Shown here piece by piece: positions 62,428-64,000 of a stretch of DNA of 64,000 nt. Below the pieces are notes generated by a model. The model was given only the letters and a program-made list of their open reading frames with translations. It was not told the origin of the DNA and ran no database searches. Made by a program: the position numbers and the translations under genes. Every line of letters begins with the position of its first letter. Positions within the stretch are counted from its first letter, which is position 1. Source of the stretch: Vicugna vicugna (lineage: Eukaryota); contig MU061542.1 of the NCBI GenBank assembly GCA_013265495.1, positions 278,972 to 342,971 of the forward strand, given 5' to 3'.

Positions 62428-64000
62428 GCTTATGTCAAAATTTTTTTGTTATTGTTGGAAACTACACATTTTGGATGATTCATTGTGGCAATTTTAGATC
62501 CTGATTTTCCCCTTTAACCCCTTTCTAGCCTTTGTATTTAATTTCATCTTCTTATGTGCTTCTTTTGTGACTTGCATTGGAGTATCTTAATAATGTTTAT
62601 CTTTTTCCTGCAATGTAAAACCTCTGCTATCATTCTTTGAAGGATGCAGCCTTGGGTATGAGCACCGTCACCCTGGGATGATAGTTTCTACAGGGCTGTC
62701 TTAGATTATCTCTTTCCCTGATTTCTCTGTTAACCTGTTTGCCTGTTTGGTATTATATCTAAGTGGTTAGGCTCCACTAACTGCTAGCTGATTGCTCTAT
62801 TGTTTTTGATAATTCCTTGTAGGGTACATTGCTTTGCAGTTTCAACTAACTTTTTACTCCTTTGAAAGAGTAGTTTTTGAAGCTAGTTTTTGAGGTTTGT
62901 TCTGATCACAAGAATGATCTTTATAACTTACCTTTCTCTGGTTCTTTCTTTTTACATTGTGGTCTACTTTGTCTTATTGTTTTCATGAACATTCTAGACT
63001 CCTTTCAATTGCTTACCACCAAAACCTCTATTATTTTGAAAATGTCCTGGAATTTCCTTACATGTTGTTCCAAGTAAAACCAGTTTCTAAGGAGAGAACT
63101 GTGAAGCTGCCTAATGGCCAACCTTACCCACTAGGTAAAATACCTGAACCATTTTTCAAAAGCTTGGAGTAGATACAGTGACCCAGTTTTTCCAGAGTGA
63201 CACATTTACTTTATGAGCAAAGAATTTGTTTGGAAACTCAGCATCTGTTCTTCTCAGCTTGCTTCTTTCAGTATGGAACATCTACCCTATGAACAAGCAG
63301 AGTGAGGGCTGTTTGGCCTCATCATTCTCTTCATTCTATGCCTCAGTTCAGATTCCACCCTCTAAGTGGTGGCTGGGTTGGGGAAGGAAGTCTTTTATCT
63401 CTTGAGTCCATTCACCTGGAATTTAACCTCTGCTACATGCTGCTGGGATGAATGGAAAGTGCTGGTGGTTTGGCCCTCCTGGAGCAGTACTGTAGCCCTT
63501 TGATGACATCTAGGAGATGGTGATTTTTGTCATCTTAGCCCTTCATCCAGAGTGGTGCTTTCATCACGTTGTGGTGGACTGGGGAGGGATTGGTTCATTT
63601 CTGAAATACCACATAGTTTTGATGTTCTTATCAAGATTTAGTGAATTTTCTTGACTGAGTAGGTTTTCATATGTTCTGTGCACTTAAACAATTTCCAACA
63701 ACTTAAAAAATTCAGTGATTTTTTTTACTTGTTATTGTTTTTCAATAGGGAGGGAATCCATGGAGCATCTCACACCATTGTGGAATTAGTCTCCCTTCCT
63801 TGTTGTACTTTACAGATTATTGGACTATTCATAATGGCTTGGTTATTTAGACTGCAGTTTGGAAGACAACAGACTGAAAGATTGAAAATTATGCTTTTAA
63901 TGGCTGTAAACTTTGGAAATACACTGGAAATAAGCTTCTACTATTGACCAAAATTGAGGATAATCATGAAGATTCTAACAAGTGACTTGTGATACCACCT

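Larger units (their letters stand above)
43620..63790 (-). mobile_element. Ancient near-full-length L1M, fragmented (pieces ~43620-44800, 45320-45956, 52760-53879, 58102-58165, 59782-60960, 61353-63790)
   Basis: Highly diverged L1 antisense sequence runs collinearly from the ORF2 3' end through RT and EN to ORF1 and an L1M-type 5' end. It resumes after each younger insertion. Confidence 0.68.

Noticed and set aside
62114..62504. Hydrophobic FLSF-repeat ORFs
   Set aside because: They are translations of the microsatellite.

Overview
This is AT-rich mammalian genomic DNA made almost entirely of interspersed repeats. I found no host protein-coding gene, RNA gene or CRISPR array. The young LINE-1 3' UTRs are artiodactyl-type and most resemble camelid L1; this is inference from recalled consensus shapes. 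Main contents: (1) a degenerate class I ERV provirus (16614-32062, +) with two LTRs and an Arg-like PBS, inserted in an old L1MC and carrying a full-length L1 and a short L1; (2) a class III, HERV-S-like provirus (35465-42482, -) with a Ser-tRNA PBS, 5-bp TSD, ERV-L-type pol and a gamma-type env with an immunosuppressive domain; (3) an ancient L1M (~43620-63790, -) broken up by a solo LTR, a second full-length L1, a chimeric L1 with an apparent 5' extension, a 5'-inverted L1 and a short L1; (4) older MER47, MER8, MER3, L2, MIR, CR1 and LTR33 relics and microsatellites. All retroelement genes are disrupted. I see no clearly new biological system; the best leads are the env-bearing class III provirus and the TSD-bounded chimeric L1. 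Family names come from memory, not database searches.
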